64,000 bases of DNA. Origin: Eledone cirrhosa (lineage: Eukaryota). How positions within the stretch are numbered: position 1 is the stretch's first letter; each line of letters begins with the position of its first letter. This document shows positions 27,326 through 45,748 of the stretch, piece by piece. The position numbers and the translations under genes were made by a program. Where the stretch lies: NCBI GenBank assembly GCA_964016885.1, contig OZ024743.1, positions 328,600,001 through 328,664,000 of the forward strand, in the 5' to 3' direction. The notes under the pieces are model-generated. The model saw only the letters and a program-made list of their open reading frames with translations. It did not search any database and was not told the origin of the DNA.

Positions 27326-28193
27326 GTAAATGAAGTAATTCTGTCGGAAAAGTCCAGGAAAAAAGAGTGCTCTATGTAGGTAACAGAGCTTAATAGTTAT
27401 GTAATAAACAACATAAGGCAATTATTTCCTTTACCAGTGGTTTCTTAAAAGCAGAACAATTTGCTTTCAATCATCAGCATGAAAAAGTGAGTGACCCGAA
27501 TCTTCCTGGTCGTTCTTTTTCGGCTGCACGGGTGATTTTAGGCATGATCTCTATGTGTTGGTATTTTAACGATAGTTATAGCTCTGATTTTTCCAAATTA
27601 TTGAGCCCTCTGCCACATATATCGGATATTGTTTATCGTGATTTCGTGGGCTGATATTCCGATTCTCGATTATTCTACTATATATATATATATATACATA
27701 AACATATATATACATAAACATATATATACATACATACACACAAATACATATATATACACAGATACATATATATATATACATATACATACACATACATATA
27801 CATACATATATACATACATATACATACATACACACAATCATACGTATATACACGTAAATACATACACACATATATACACGCATACATACGCATGCACAAA
27901 TATAGAAATATATACACACACCTACATACTCACACACACAAATAAGTATAAGAAAAAATATATAATAATAAAAAAATAAAAATGAATATAGAGATTACTA
28001 TAGTGTTGACAGCGATACAGGCAACAAATAAATGAATAAACACACGTGGTAAGCAATACACACAAATGCACGTACACATACATACGTAAAAATAAATACA
28101 TACACACACTCTCACACATACACATACATATACAAATACATAAACACATACATACGCATACACATATACATACACACACACACATTCATATAT

Positions 28194-28210
<17 letters not shown>
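27326..28210 (-). mobile_element. Solo 3' UTR/pseudo-LTR of the PLE family at 29750-38730
   Basis: Reverse complement matches 31370-31532, 37700-38100 and 38575-38730. Carries the stem-II-less HHR motif. Confidence 0.75.
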
Positions 28211-28289
<79 letters not shown>

Positions 28290-28584
28290 GTAATAAAATG
28301 AAAACGAAATTTCATTTCTCACTCTTAGTACGGCACTTACCTAAATGTAAGTATGTATGTATACGTACATACATATATGTATACAGACGTACAGTAGCAT
28401 GCATATATATATATATATATACATATATACATACAGGTACACATACATATATGTACGCATCAGTTTAGCGGACGCTTATTATAGCGCCCGCTTTGTTCGT
28501 TTGTAAAGAAACTGAACAGCCTGAATTTATGCCGTACGGTGTTAAGGCAACCACGTCACCTTTTTGTTCAACACTGACACAGGA

Positions 28585-28627
28585 ACGATGTACTAGTTTC
28601 AAGCTTGTTAGCTATCATCAGCACCGT
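28585..28627 (-). ncRNA. Minimal type I HHR
   Basis: acggtg-CTGATGA-t-agct-aaca-agct-t-GAAA-ctag-TA-catcgt. Confidence 0.9.
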
Positions 28628-28730
28628 ATACCCATCTGCCAGATAGTTGAACGTTCGAAAGTATATACTTTCCTTATGAAAATTAACGGCTGAGCAGCCT
28701 AATTTGCATATCTATCTGGCAGATGGGTAT

Positions 28731-28773
28731 ACGGTGCTGATGATAGCTAACAAGCTTGAAACTAGTACATCGT
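28731..28773 (+). ncRNA. Minimal type I HHR (inverted-arm copy)
   Basis: Exact reverse complement of 28585-28627. Confidence 0.9.
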
Positions 28774-29009
28774 TCCTGTGTCAGTGTTGAACAAAAAGGT
28801 GACGTGGTTGCCTTAACACCGTGCGGCATAAATTCAGGCTGTTCAGTTTCTTTACAAACGAACAAAGCGGCGTTATAATAAGCGTCCGCTAAACTGATAC
28901 GTGCATATATGTATGTGTACCTGTATGTATATATGTATATATGTATATATATATATGCATGCTACTGTACGTGTGTAAACATATATGTATGTACGTATAC
29001 ATACATACT

Positions 29010-29101
<92 letters not shown>

Positions 29102-29444
29102 CATACATACATATCCATACATACATACACATACATATACATACATATCACAAACACATACATACAAATACAAACACACACATATATATGTGTGTAAAAA
29201 TCATTCTTAGATAATTCATATGAACCTTGTTTAACTCTAAAAAAAATATATATATATATATATATACACATATATACATATACATATATATATATATATA
29301 TATACATATATATACCTACACACACATATACATACACATACGTATGCATACATACATACACACACACACACACATATAATTATATATATATATATGAGAA
29401 AGAACATAAATATTATATATATAAAAAACCTAAATATTTTATAT

Positions 29445-29700
29445 ATAAAAATAAAAATAAAAATAAAAATAAAAATAAAAATAAAAATAAAAATAAAAAT
29501 AAAAATAAAAATAAAAATAAAAATAAAAATAAAAATAAAAATAAAAATAAAAATAAAAATAAAAATAAAAATAAAAATAAAAATAAAAATAAAAATAAAA
29601 ATAAAAATAAAAATAAAAATAAAAATAAAAATAAAAATAAAAATAAAAATAAAAATAAAAATAAAAATAAAAATAAAAATAAAAATAAAAATAAAAATGA
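29445..29700. repeat. (ATAAAA)n hexanucleotide array; another at ~40691-40860
   Basis: Direct reading. Confidence 0.95.
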
Positions 29701-30581
29701 AAATAAAAAGTTGGGAATACGACAAATAATAAATAAAAAAATATATTTAGAAAAGGGTATAAATGTTTATAGTAGATTTAGAGCACTCAACAAGTTCCTG
29801 GAGCACAAGATCAATGAAAATAAGCATTAAATCATTGTATGTAATTATGCATATACATACACACATACACATATATATATATACATATATATACATATAT
29901 ATACATACACACACAAACACAAACACAACCACATATACAAACACAACCACATATACATACACACACACATACAATTACGTATATATATCTATATACACAC
30001 ACATAGGAAAAAGTCTGACCCCACGGCAGAAAAGGGTATAAATGTTTATAGCAGATTTAGAGCACTCAACAATTTCCCGGAGCAAAAGATCAATGAAAAT
30101 AAGCATTAAATCATTGTATGTAATTATGCATATACATACACACATACACATATATATATATACATATATATACATATATATACATACACACACAAACACA
30201 AACACAAACACATATACAAACACAACCACATATACATACACACACACATACAATTACGTATATATATCTATATACACACACATAGGAAAAAGTCTGACCC
30301 CACGGCAGAGCTCAAGCCGTTTCTGAGGCTATTATATATATACACACAAAACCATTGTATAAAAAAAATACATATACACGCACAAATATACACACGCCCA
30401 TACACACACATATACATATATACATATATATATATACACACACGCACAAATACAACAGAAATATATAATATACAATTATATATACATATACATATACATA
30501 CAGATAGATATAAACATACATACACACACATATATACATACACATATACATTCACATATACATATACACACACATATACAT

Positions 30582-30658
<77 letters not shown>

Positions 30659-31369
30659 TACACATATACATACATATACGCAACACACAAAAGAAAAAAA
30701 TAAATATCTAAAAATAAAAATCTTTATATTCATAAAAATCTTTATATTCATTTTTATTTTTTTTATTATTATATATTTTTTCTTATATTTATTTGTGTGT
30801 GTAAGTATGTAGGTGTGTATATATTTCTATATTTGTGCATGCGTATGTATGCGTGTATATATGTGTGTGTGTATGTGTATGTATGTACGTGTGTATATAC
30901 GTATGATTGTGTGTATGTATGTATGTATGTGTATGTATATATGTATGTATATGTATGTGTATGTATATGTATATATGTATGTATCTGTGTATATATATAT
31001 GTAAGTGTGTGTATGTATGTATGTATATATATGTTTATGTATATATATATATATATATGCATGTATATATGTGTGTGTGTGTATGCACGTTTGTGTATTT
31101 GTATGTATGTGTATCTATGGATATGTTGATATTTATGTGTGTATGTATGTATGTGTATATGTATGTGTATGTATATATATACACATATATGTGTGTGTGT
31201 GTGTGTATGTGTGTATGTGTATATATATATGTGTATGTATATAATTGTGTGTGTGTGTGTTTGCATGTGTGTTTTTATTTTTCCTTTCTTTCTTCCTTTT
31301 CCAGCCTCACTTTCATATAGATTATATTTTTATTTTTTAAAATCCAACGCCAATAAATACACCAGGATT

Positions 31370-31416
31370 TTTTCATTCTGATGATTGAAAGCAAAATTTT
31401 TTTTGCTTTTAAGAAA
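31370..31416 (+). ncRNA. HHR-like motif lacking stem II; copies at 38575-38620(+) and 27441-27487(-)
   Basis: CTGATGA-tt-GAAA-gcaaaa-ttt-ttttgc-TT. Stem I is weak. Confidence 0.5.
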
Positions 31417-31645
31417 CCACTGGTAAATGAAATAATTGCCTTATGTTGTTTATTACATAACTATTAAGCTCTGTTACCTACACAGAGCACTCTTTTTTCC
31501 TGCAATTTTCCGACGGAATTACTTCATTTATACAGCTCCAACCGGGATTGATTGAAGCATGTTCTATATTACATATACGATTGGCACTTTCCAGCCCGAT
31601 TAGTTGAGCACTCTATAGTTTTCAGGAATTTAACCAACATGCACC

Positions 31646-33781
31646 ATGGACCTTTATGAATTGGATCATTCAATCAAAAATATACCTACTCCCTCCAACA
31701 CAACTTATACCAAAATGCTTATAGATAAAATCGAACAAGTCGTTAAAAGAATGAGATGGAAGGCAATGGTTTACGATGGACTATTCAGTGCTGATACTAA
31801 TGATTGTTTTGACATAAAATCCCATAAATATCCACCTAGAATTAAAGACATGGCCAACTTCGAATTAGACCTTGTTAATTTAATTAGTGATATCAAATTT
31901 CGTAAGTACAATAATAATTTTCAAACTAAACTGTCTAACGATATTTCTAATTTTAAAAATTCTACAAACACCTTTGTTCTTTCCGATAAAACTAAAAATC
32001 TCTTTGAAGTTAATAGTATTTTGTATAACCAACTTTTAACTAATAGTATCACCAACAAATATCAATTAACTAATAATAATACCTTCAATACTATTAATAA
32101 AGAAGCTAAAGAACTAACTAGTTCTTTAAAAATAGACAACCGCATTGAAAGCCTAGTTAAGCGTAAATAATATATTACCCTTAAAGACTATAAATTAGAC
32201 TTTACTAATCGACCTAGTTGTAGACTGATTAACCCGGCTAAATCCGAAGTTGGCCTTGTAAGTAAAAAAAATCTTAGGAAAAATAATTCTCCAAATTAGA
32301 ACTAAGACTGACCTATCACAATGGTTAAATACTTCCTCTGTTATTTCTTGGTTTAATAATATACAAGGTAAAAATAAGTGTAGATTTACCCAATTTGATA
32401 TTGTTGATTTTTACCCCTCTATTACTGTTTCCTTATTAACTAATGCCTTAGAGTTTGCAAGACCCTTCATTAATATTTCTAAATTAGAAGAAGACATTAT
32501 CTTTCATGCTAGAAAAACTTTACTCTTTACTAATGAAAGTATTTGGGTTAAAAAGTCAAACCCTAAAAACTCTTTTGATGTTGCAATGGGTTCATTTGAC
32601 AGTGCGGATGTGTGTGACTTAGTAGGATTATTCCTTCTCCACACCCTCAAAGAGAAATTTCCTTCCCATAATATCGGTTTATACCGTGATGACGGATTGG
32701 CAGTTTCTCATACCACCAACGGCCATAACCTTGATAAATTCCGTAAAGATTTAATCAATACTTTTGCTAATCTTAAGCTTAAAATTACTATAGATACGAA
32801 CCTTACCAATGCTAACTTTCTTGACATTAATCTTGATCTACTTACCGCCTCTTTTAAACCTTATCATAAACCTAATGAAAATTTTAGATATATACACAAA
32901 GTCTTGCCATCCCCCTATAGTTTTTAAAAATCATATTCCCAACATTAGCCGTAGGATTTCTACCTTATCTTCGTCTCTAGACATTTTAAATAAAGCCGCC
33001 ACTTATTATAATAAAGCCCTTAATAACAGCGGTTTTACAGAACAAATTTACTATTTACCCCCCCCCCCCCCCCCCAAAAAAAAAAAACTAACCACAATAA
33101 TAGGAAAAGGAAAATTATTTGGTTTACACCCCCTTTAACTGTCAAACTAATGCAGGAAGGACATTCCTTGACCTCTTAGATAAACATTTTCCTCCTAATC
33201 ATAGATATTATAAGATATTTAATAGAAATGTAGTTAAGATCAGTTACTCTTGTTGCCCATCAATGAAGTCTAAGATCACTAATTCAAATCGTACGAGAAC
33301 AAATCCAGGATGCAGTTGCAGGAAGCCGGATGAATGCCCATTACCGGGCAAATGTAACACCAAATCCGTTGTTTATGAGGCCAAAGTGGCACCTTTAATC
33401 AACAACCAGCCAGCCAGGAGTGAGCGATATGTTGGCATGACCCAGGACAGGTTTAAAACCAGGTTTTATGCACATGTCGCTTCTTTTAAGCACTCTGATA
33501 AACGAACAGCAACGGCCCTCGCAAGTAAGGTGTGGGAATTCAAGGATAAAAACATCCTGTACTCTATCGATTGGTCTATTTTAGACTATTCGAGGGAGTA
33601 CCAAAGGGGCACAAAGAATTGTTCTTTGTGTACCACAGAAAAATATAGGATTTTGCTAAACTTGAAAGCCACTTCTGCTTGCCTGAACTCAAAGACCGAG
33701 ATCTTCAGATGTTGTCCTCATCTGAAATCACATCTGATGTGTAACTGGATTGACATTCCTATGATAACTCAACCACCTTGA
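31646..33781 (+). pseudogene. PLE RT-GIY-YIG polyprotein (Hydra-type) with stops/frameshifts, N-terminus present
   Basis: SIKNIPTP...KRMRWKA, SDKTKN, MGSFDSADVCDLVG, YRDDGL, FLDI, CSCx5C, YVGMTQDRFKTR, CSLC. Confidence 0.9.
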
Positions 33782-34009
33782 ACTCCTTTCCTGCTCTTTA
33801 CTTCCACTACGGTTTTTTTACCTGCTGAATCCACGTTCTGTACTCTCGTATTCTCTTTCTCACTTATCTCCCCTTATATTTAAACCTTTTCCTATGTAAT
33901 TTATTTCCCCCTCTTCCCCCCCCCCTACTTTTTTGCCTTACCCTTCACATACCAACATTTTTTTACTTTTAGATATTAATAATTTTTTTTTGTGTGTTGC
34001 GTATATGTA

Positions 34010-34092
<83 letters not shown>

Positions 34093-34329
34093 AAATATGT
34101 TAATAATGGAGCTGCGGCGTTGCAAATGGGTTACATATGAAAAAGTAAGTCCTTCATCAGTGGCCTTCCAACCGTCCTAGGCATTTCATCACTTTATATA
34201 TATATATATATATATATATGTGTATGTATATGTGTGTGTATATGTATATGAGTATGTATGTATGTTTATATCTATCTGTATGTATATGTATATATAATCG
34301 TATATTATATATTTCTGTTGTATTTGTGC

Positions 34330-34429
<100 letters not shown>

Positions 34430-34590
34430 GTGTATGTGTGTATGTGTGTATATATAGATTTAATGTGTGTGTATGGGCGTGTGTATTTTTGTGCGTGTAT
34501 ATGTATTTTTTTATATAATGGTTTTGTGTGTATATATATAATAGCCTCAGAAACGGCTTGAGCTCTGCCGTGGGGTCAGACTTTTTCCTA

Positions 34591-34624
<34 letters not shown>

Positions 34625-34702
34625 CGTAATTGTATGTGTGTGTGTATTTCTGTGGTTGTGTTTTTGTGTGTGTGTGTGTATGTATATATATGTATATATA
34701 TG

Positions 34703-34744
<42 letters not shown>

Positions 34745-34746
<2 letters not shown>

Positions 34747-34960
34747 GGATCGATCGACTTTCGTCAAATCGGACCGAGGAAACAATGTTTTCGTCGGTCT
34801 TTCCAGTTGCTAGTACTATCTATCGGTCGCAACTCCAGGTAGAAGGAGCAACGTGAAATAAAGTGTCTTGCTCAAGGACATAACGCATCGCCCGGTCCAG
34901 GAATCGAACTCACAATCTCAAGAGTGTGAGTTCGATTCGCTAACCACTCAGCCACACGCC
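34745..34960 (-). mobile_element. SINE family B
   Basis: tggctgagtggttagc A box, gagttcgattcc B box and core. Confidence 0.7.
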
Positions 34961-34993
34961 TTCACATATATATATATATATATATATACATAC

Positions 34994-35889
<896 letters not shown>

Positions 35890-35990
35890 AGGTGTTTGTA
35901 TATGCATAATTACATACAGTGATTTAATGCTCATTTTCATTGATCTTTTGCTCCAGGAATTGTTGAGTGCTCTAAATCTGCTATAAACAT

Positions 35991-37693
35991 TGGTTGCTTG
36001 GAATATTTCCAGTTTTAGCTTGTTGGTAAGTTGAGATGTCCATATGGCGTGCATGTCATTGCACGCTGACCATGCCATACCCTTCCTGGTTAAAAAATCT
36101 TTTTTGGAGGAGGAGATATATGAGCCAAGATACTTGTAATCTTCCACCTGCTTAAGGGTGGTACCATTAAGGGTTCTGATGGGGTAGTTTGGGCTGTTTG
36201 CGCATCTGTTCACATACTCAGTCTTGGATTCGTTGAGGTACAGTCCAACACAGTTGGACGCTTGCTCTATTGACTTCAAAAGACTCTCAGCATTTTCCAG
36301 TGACCGACTGGTCAGTGCGATGTCGTCAGCAAAGTCGGTGTCGGTCAAGTGTTTTGCTGGGTAGCGTGAGCTTCTCCTAGGCTGTAGTTGGTATCCCCTA
36401 TCCTGAATCCTATCCACAGACATGCGCAAAACATAATCCACAACAATGATAAATAGATACGGAGCAAGGGTATCGCCCTGTAAAATTCCAGCGAGGATTG
36501 AGAAAGGTGGTGTTTCCCCATCTGGGGTCAGGACAGTTGATTTGGTATCTGTATACATTACACGTATGGCCGCGATGATTTTATCAGGAATCCCATAGAG
36601 TTGTAGAATTTCAAACATCCCCGACCTGTCAACTGAGTCGAAGGCTTTTGAAAAATCAACAAAGTTGAGTGCAAGGTCTAGATTGCGGTTTTGGGACTCC
36701 TCTATAAGTCGGCGAAGGCAAAGAATCTGGCTAAGTGTTGATCTACTTCTCCTAAATCCATTCTGGTTGTTACGAAGGATTGGCTCAAGAAATGGGATTA
36801 AGCGGTTAAGAAGAAGCTTGTTGTATATTTTTGCAGCAATTGCCATGAGAGAAATTCCTCTATAATTGGTGGCTAAAGAAAGATCTTTTGGGGGCATGGG
36901 GATAATTTGAGCTGCATGCCAGACGCTAGGTGGTTTATTGGTCTCGAAAGTATGGTTACATAAGTTGAGCAAAAGGATGTGGAAATGCTCATCCTTCCAA
37001 ATCAGGGTAGGTATATTATCCGGCCCAAAGGCTTTTGAGGCTTTGAGCTGTTTGATGGCTTCTTTGAGCTCAGGCATGGTGAAAGGAGAGGTGTTGATTC
37101 CTAAAGGCTCTGAAACCTGAACGGATGGCAGTTGATAGTTATCAGGGTGTCTGGCCTTTTTCCCTAGAAGGTTTTTAAAATGAGCAGACCAATTTTCAAG
37201 ACGTTTTTTGGCAGAGCCTCCTTTGATTCTAACTGCAGAGTTTGAGTTTTTGCCTGAAAGATCTTTGACAACCTTCCAAGCAAGATGATGGTGTTTGCTG
37301 ATGTGATGTTGCGATAGCTGATCAATCCTACCTGAGATATAGTCGGCTTCAGCATTAAGATAAGCGTCGTCTAGTGATTTTTTGGCCATGATAAGCTGTA
37401 TCTTTTTCCCTTGAGATGGTGATTGATGGTGAGATTGCGATATTGACCTAAGATGGGCCCTTGCCTCAACTACCTTCTCTGAGGCACTAGGTTTCATTTG
37501 GCTTCGGCTTTTCTTTTTAGGTAGGGTGGCAAGTGCAACTTCCTCTGTTGATTGCTTAAGACAGTCATACACATCTTCAATATTATCGTCATTGATGTCA
37601 GAAGTTGAGAGAGATTGAAATCTGTTATAGACTTGAAGCGTGAAGCTATTGGATAGTTGTTTGTTGGAAGAAACGGCTTTCCAGTCTACTCTT
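35991..37693 (-). CDS. RTE-clade LINE reverse transcriptase fragment, open frame of ~565 aa, truncated at both ends (the supplied ORF reads on into flank to 35788)
   Basis: KAFGPDNI, NYRGISLM, QNGFRRSRST, FVDFSKAFDSV, GILQGDTLAPYLF, FADDIAL, YKYLGS. Confidence 0.9.
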
Positions 37694-38156
37694 TATATAT
37701 ATATATGTATGTGTGTGTATGTATGTATATATGTGTGTGTGTATGTATATGTGTATGCGTATGTATGTGTTTACGTATTTGTATATGTATATTTATGTGT
37801 GAGAGTGTGTGTATGTATTTATTTTTACGTATGTATGTGTACGTACATTTGCGTGTATTGCTTACCACGTGTGTTTGTTCATTTATTTGTTGCCTGTATC
37901 GCTGTCAACACTATAATAATCTTTATATTTTTGTTATTATTATATATTTTTTCTTATATTTATTTGTGTGTGTGAGTATGTAGGTGTGTGTATATATTTC
38001 TATGTTTGTGCATGCGTATGTATACGTATATATATATGTGTGTATGTATGTGTATGTATGTACGTGTGTATATAAGTATGATTGTGTGTATGTATTATGT
38101 ATGTATGTATGTGTATGTATATATGTATGTATATGTATGTGTATGTATGTATGTAG

Positions 38157-38192
<36 letters not shown>

Positions 38193-38241
38193 ATATATAT
38201 GTATGTGTGTGTATGTATGTATATATATATATATATGCATT

Positions 38242-38279
<38 letters not shown>

Positions 38280-38739
38280 CACGTTTGTGTATTTGTATGT
38301 ATGCGTATGTATGGATATGTTGATATGTATGTGTGTATGTATGTATGTGTATATGTATGCGTATGGATATATATACACATATATATGTGTGTGTGTATAT
38401 GTGTGTGTATGTATGTGTGTATGTATATATATATGTGTATGTATATATTTGTGTGTGTGTGTGTGTTTGCATGTGTGTTTTTATTTTTCCTTTCCTTCTT
38501 CCTTTTCCAGCCTCACTTTCATATAGATTATATTTTTGTTTTTAAAATCCAACGCCAATAAATACACCAGGATATTTTCATTCTGATGATTGAAAGCAAA
38601 ATTTTTTTGCTTTTAAGAAACCACTGGTAAATGAAATAATTGACTTATGTTGTTTATTACATAACTATTAAGCTCTGTTAGCTACATAGAGCACTCTTTT
38701 TTCCTGAACTTTCCCGACGGAATTCATTTATATATATAT

Positions 38740-39353
38740 ATATATATATATATAAAACTGAGGATGTCTGTGTGTGTGTGAGTTCGAATCCTTAAAAATG
38801 GAGAACCACCCAACCAACTGTTTTCAAACTTTACACATGTAATACTTATGTTTCAGGGAGTGTTATGCACAAATTCAACTTTTTGTATCTCCTAGCGCCC
38901 GCATTAGGTGAAAAACTGCGTTGTTTAACATTTTTAGCGGTTTTTTGAGGCGTTATGTCAGACCGATTTCCTTGAAATTGTAACTATGTATTAGTCAGTC
39001 TCTTCTTCATACCGTAAGCAAAAAAAATTCAACTTTCTTATGGCCTACGTGAAAAACTTCATTTTTTCCAGCTTTTTAGGGCTTTTTGAGGCGTTACGTC
39101 TAGCCGATTTTCCCGAAATTTCAAGGCATATTATGCACCTAAAAAAAATTCATTTTCTTGATCCCCTAGGGCCCACATTAGGTGAAAACCTGCACTTTTC
39201 CTGCTTCATCGAGGAAAATCTTAAAGATTATCCAGCCATCAGAGTATTCGGTTTATTTTCTTTACATATTGTCAAGGCATGCAGTTTTTAGGTCTATTGG
39301 CGGCCCGCGTTCCAAAATACCTTATCCCGTGCAACGCCGGGTACCACTGCTAG
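38740..39353 (+). mobile_element. Non-autonomous Helitron
   Basis: 5' TATATATAAAACTG.GG.TGTCTGT; 3' hairpin cccg-tgcaacgc-cggg followed by CTAG|T. Confidence 0.85.
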
Positions 39354-39371
39354 TATATATATATATATATA

Positions 39372-39549
39372 TAGCGAAGGAGTTGTGGTAAGGAACTAGA
39401 TGGACCATAACGCACCAGAGTACTCAATACTTAGGGTAGTAGAGTGGGTAATAGGAGAAAGTATGACCCCGACGGCAGAGCTCAAGCCCTTTCGACGGCT
39501 ATTTCTGGACTGAAATGAGCTCTGCCGTCGGGGTCATACTTTCTCTTAT
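39372..39549 (-). mobile_element. Short fold-back pseudo-LTR remnant carrying the 3' half of an HHR; homologs at 57420-57597, 22302-22355, 34541-34590, 30283-30332
   Basis: gaaagtatgaccccgacggcagagctca is inverted at 39515-39545. Flanked by (TA)n. Confidence 0.65.
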
Positions 39550-39914
39550 ATATATATACACATATATGTATGTATGTATGTATGTACGTATGTATGTATG
39601 TGTAAGTGTGCAAGCATATGATTGATACACACACACACATATATATAGAGATATATATAAATATATATATATATGTGTGTGTGTGTGTCTGTGTATGTGT
39701 GTGTGTGTGTATATGCGTGTGTGTGAGTATGTGTACGTGTGAGTATGCATGTATATACATATGTGACGGGTGTATTTTTAGTAAGATGGTTGGTATTTAT
39801 TTGAAAGCTCACAAACAGTAGATTCCAGTTTAACTAAACAGCTATGTAAGGAATGTAGTGAGCTGGACCGGGACACTGCTGCCTCTCTCACTCACACACA
39901 CACACACACATATA

Positions 39915-40044
<130 letters not shown>

Positions 40045-40130
40045 CATATATACGTATATACATGCATACATACATATGTACTTGTATATGTCATGTATAT
40101 ATGCATATCTATCTATGATGTATACACACA

Positions 40131-40214
<84 letters not shown>

Positions 40215-40304
40215 CATATATATATATATATGTGCATATATATATATATATATATATATGTGCCATTACCAACCTCAATTTTCTCTCTCTCTCTCTATAT
40301 ATAT

Positions 40305-43213
<2,909 letters not shown>

Positions 43214-43261
43214 TATATATATGCATATATATATATATACACACATATATATATATATATG

Positions 43262-43302
<41 letters not shown>

Positions 43303-43354
43303 TATATATATATATATATATATATATGCATATATATATATATATATATATATG

Positions 43355-43411
<57 letters not shown>

Positions 43412-43515
43412 CATACATATATATATATACATATATATATGTATATATATATATACATATATATATATATGTATATATATATGTATATATATCATATATA
43501 TATACATATATATAT

Positions 43516-43558
<43 letters not shown>

Positions 43559-43689
43559 CTTTACTTTCCTCACCTCAACTATGGAGTATTAAGTTGACTA
43601 ATTGTTTTACTAGTGTTAGCTATTAACATCCCATCCATATATATATCCTCCTTATTCCTCCTGTCCCCCCTTCTCCTCAATACCCTCCT

Positions 43690-43870
43690 CACTCATCCTC
43701 CTCCCTCTTCTTTTCATCTTCTTCCTCAGACATCTCCAATTGACGCGGCTGGATCTCCACGCGAGACCACCCGAGACCAACCGAAGCCAGGCGAGACCAC
43801 TCGAGTTCATGCATGTTATCTAACCATCTCTTCGTCTCCTTCCGGTTGACTTGACTTTGCCCGTAAAATC
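43690..43870 (-). pseudogene. RTE-like 3' remnant; homolog at 55395-55657(+) ends in a (GAA)n tail
   Basis: RWLDNMHEL.WSRL motif shared between the two copies. Confidence 0.55.
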
Positions 43871-43957
43871 TGTCTTGTGATTCTTTCCATAGACATTCTA
43901 ACAATACACACACACACACACACAAATATATATATATGTTGTTGTTGTTGTTGTTAC

Positions 43958-44170
43958 AGCTCACACCTATGCAGGTTTAGCTGGCCTCCTCCAAGGTCTA
44001 TCTCGTGGGAGGTGTCTTGGGTGATTGAAATCTCATTTCTACAGCTGAGTAAACTGGAGCAACGTGAAAATAGTGTCTTGCTCAAAGAAACAACACATCA
44101 CCCGGTCCGAGAATTGAACTCACAACCTTTCGATTGCAAGCCCACTGCTCTAACCACTAAGCTATGCGCC
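43958..44170 (-). mobile_element. SINE family B
   Basis: tagcttagtggttagagc A box, gagttcaattc B box and core. Confidence 0.7.
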
Positions 44171-44269
44171 TATATCTTAACTATAATAAAGAAAGGAGTG
44201 CGGGACTGCACCCAGAATATATATTTTTTATCCCGTTTGTAAAATAAGTTGGATTACTTTGAATAAATA

Positions 44270-44450
44270 ATTGTTTCTACTTTAGGCACAAGGTCAGCAA
44301 TTACCCAGTACATTACTGGTACTTTATTTTATCGACTCCGTAAGGATGAAAGGCAAAGTCAACCTCGGCGGGATTTGAACTGAGATCGTAAAGGGACGTA
44401 ACTATGCTGGAAAGCATGGCGTCCGACGCTCTACTGATACTGCCAATCCA
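44270..44450 (-). mobile_element. SINE family A (tRNA head plus Meta-domain-like core)
   Basis: tggcagtatcagtagagcg A box, agttcaaatccc B box, gcctttcatcct..gtcgataaaataaagtaccag. Confidence 0.8.
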
Positions 44451-44849
44451 TTTGAATAAATAATGAATGAATATTACATAATTTATCTACTAAATTTCGT
44501 GGCTGTTGATTAAATATATTTTATAGCTTATTTAAAGATTCACTTCTTTAAAATTGTCAAATGTCAACACTTCCGGTTAGCGGCCGTTATATTATAACTC
44601 TTATAATCGCATATATTTCCGTCGCTAATTTTCTCCTAATGCATTTTATATATAATATCGTCTTTTTTTAAATGTATCATGGAATACGTTACTGATTACA
44701 GAAGACAGTGTAACGCAGTCTTCATTCAATTTCTGTGGATATTGTCAATTACGATTTTATCTACATGCGTATATATTTGTGTATAATACCAATATACACA
44801 CTACACATGCTAGCAGAAAACCACCCGAGGGTGGTTTTTCTGCTGGTAT

Positions 44850-45223
44850 ATTGGCACAATGCCAGCAATTTTTTCAGTACATTACTGGTACTTTATTTTA
44901 TCGACCCCCGTAAGGATGAAAGGCAATGTTAACCTCGGCGGAATTTGAACTCAGAATGGCAAGGGCCGTAACTCTATGCGTCAAAGCATGGCGTCCGACC
45001 CTCTACCGATACTGCCAATTCATAGTATATATAATAGTTGTTTCCAGTTTTTGGCACAAGATCAGCAATTACCCAGTACATTACTGGTACTTTATTTTAT
45101 CGACCCCGTAAGGATGAAAAGCAAAGTTAACCTCAATGGGATTTAAACTCAGACCGTAAAGGGACGTAACTATACTGGAAAGCATGGCGTCCGACCCTCT
45201 ACCGATACTGACAATTCACCGCC
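44850..45223 (-). mobile_element. Two head-to-tail SINE family A copies
   Basis: Same consensus at ~44850-45021 and ~45037-45223. Confidence 0.8.
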
Positions 45224-45357
45224 CATAGTGAATGACATATTGGCATACTTATATATAGATGATATAAATGTACAATAAAACATATCAAACTTTAATAGGA
45301 GACAATCTGAATAGAATGCTGAGATTTTCTCAAACATGACATTTATATTTTTTAATG

Positions 45358-45496
<139 letters not shown>

Positions 45497-45748
45497 CATG
45501 TATGTGTAGACACACACATACTTACAGACATAGTTGTATAGCTGTGTAGTAAAGTGCCGCTGTATGGGATAAATTATTTTTTCAGTCAGATAAATGGCAG
45601 CCATATGAAGATGAGACAGAAGTATTTCAGTGACTGTTTATAAAACTCTGCACTCCATGTCTGGATAAATGTTTTCTTCGATAATCTTCTCGACGTTGAA
45701 TGTTTCAGTTGTTCACTCAGCGTATTTCTCAGGGAAATTCAGCGTAAG

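Larger units (their letters stand above)
28290..29015 (-). mobile_element. Retrozyme-like family R2, diverged copy with a ~300-bp inverted arm (28713-29015), within (TA)n
   Basis: Homologous to 16265-16662. HHRs on both strands. Confidence 0.8.
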
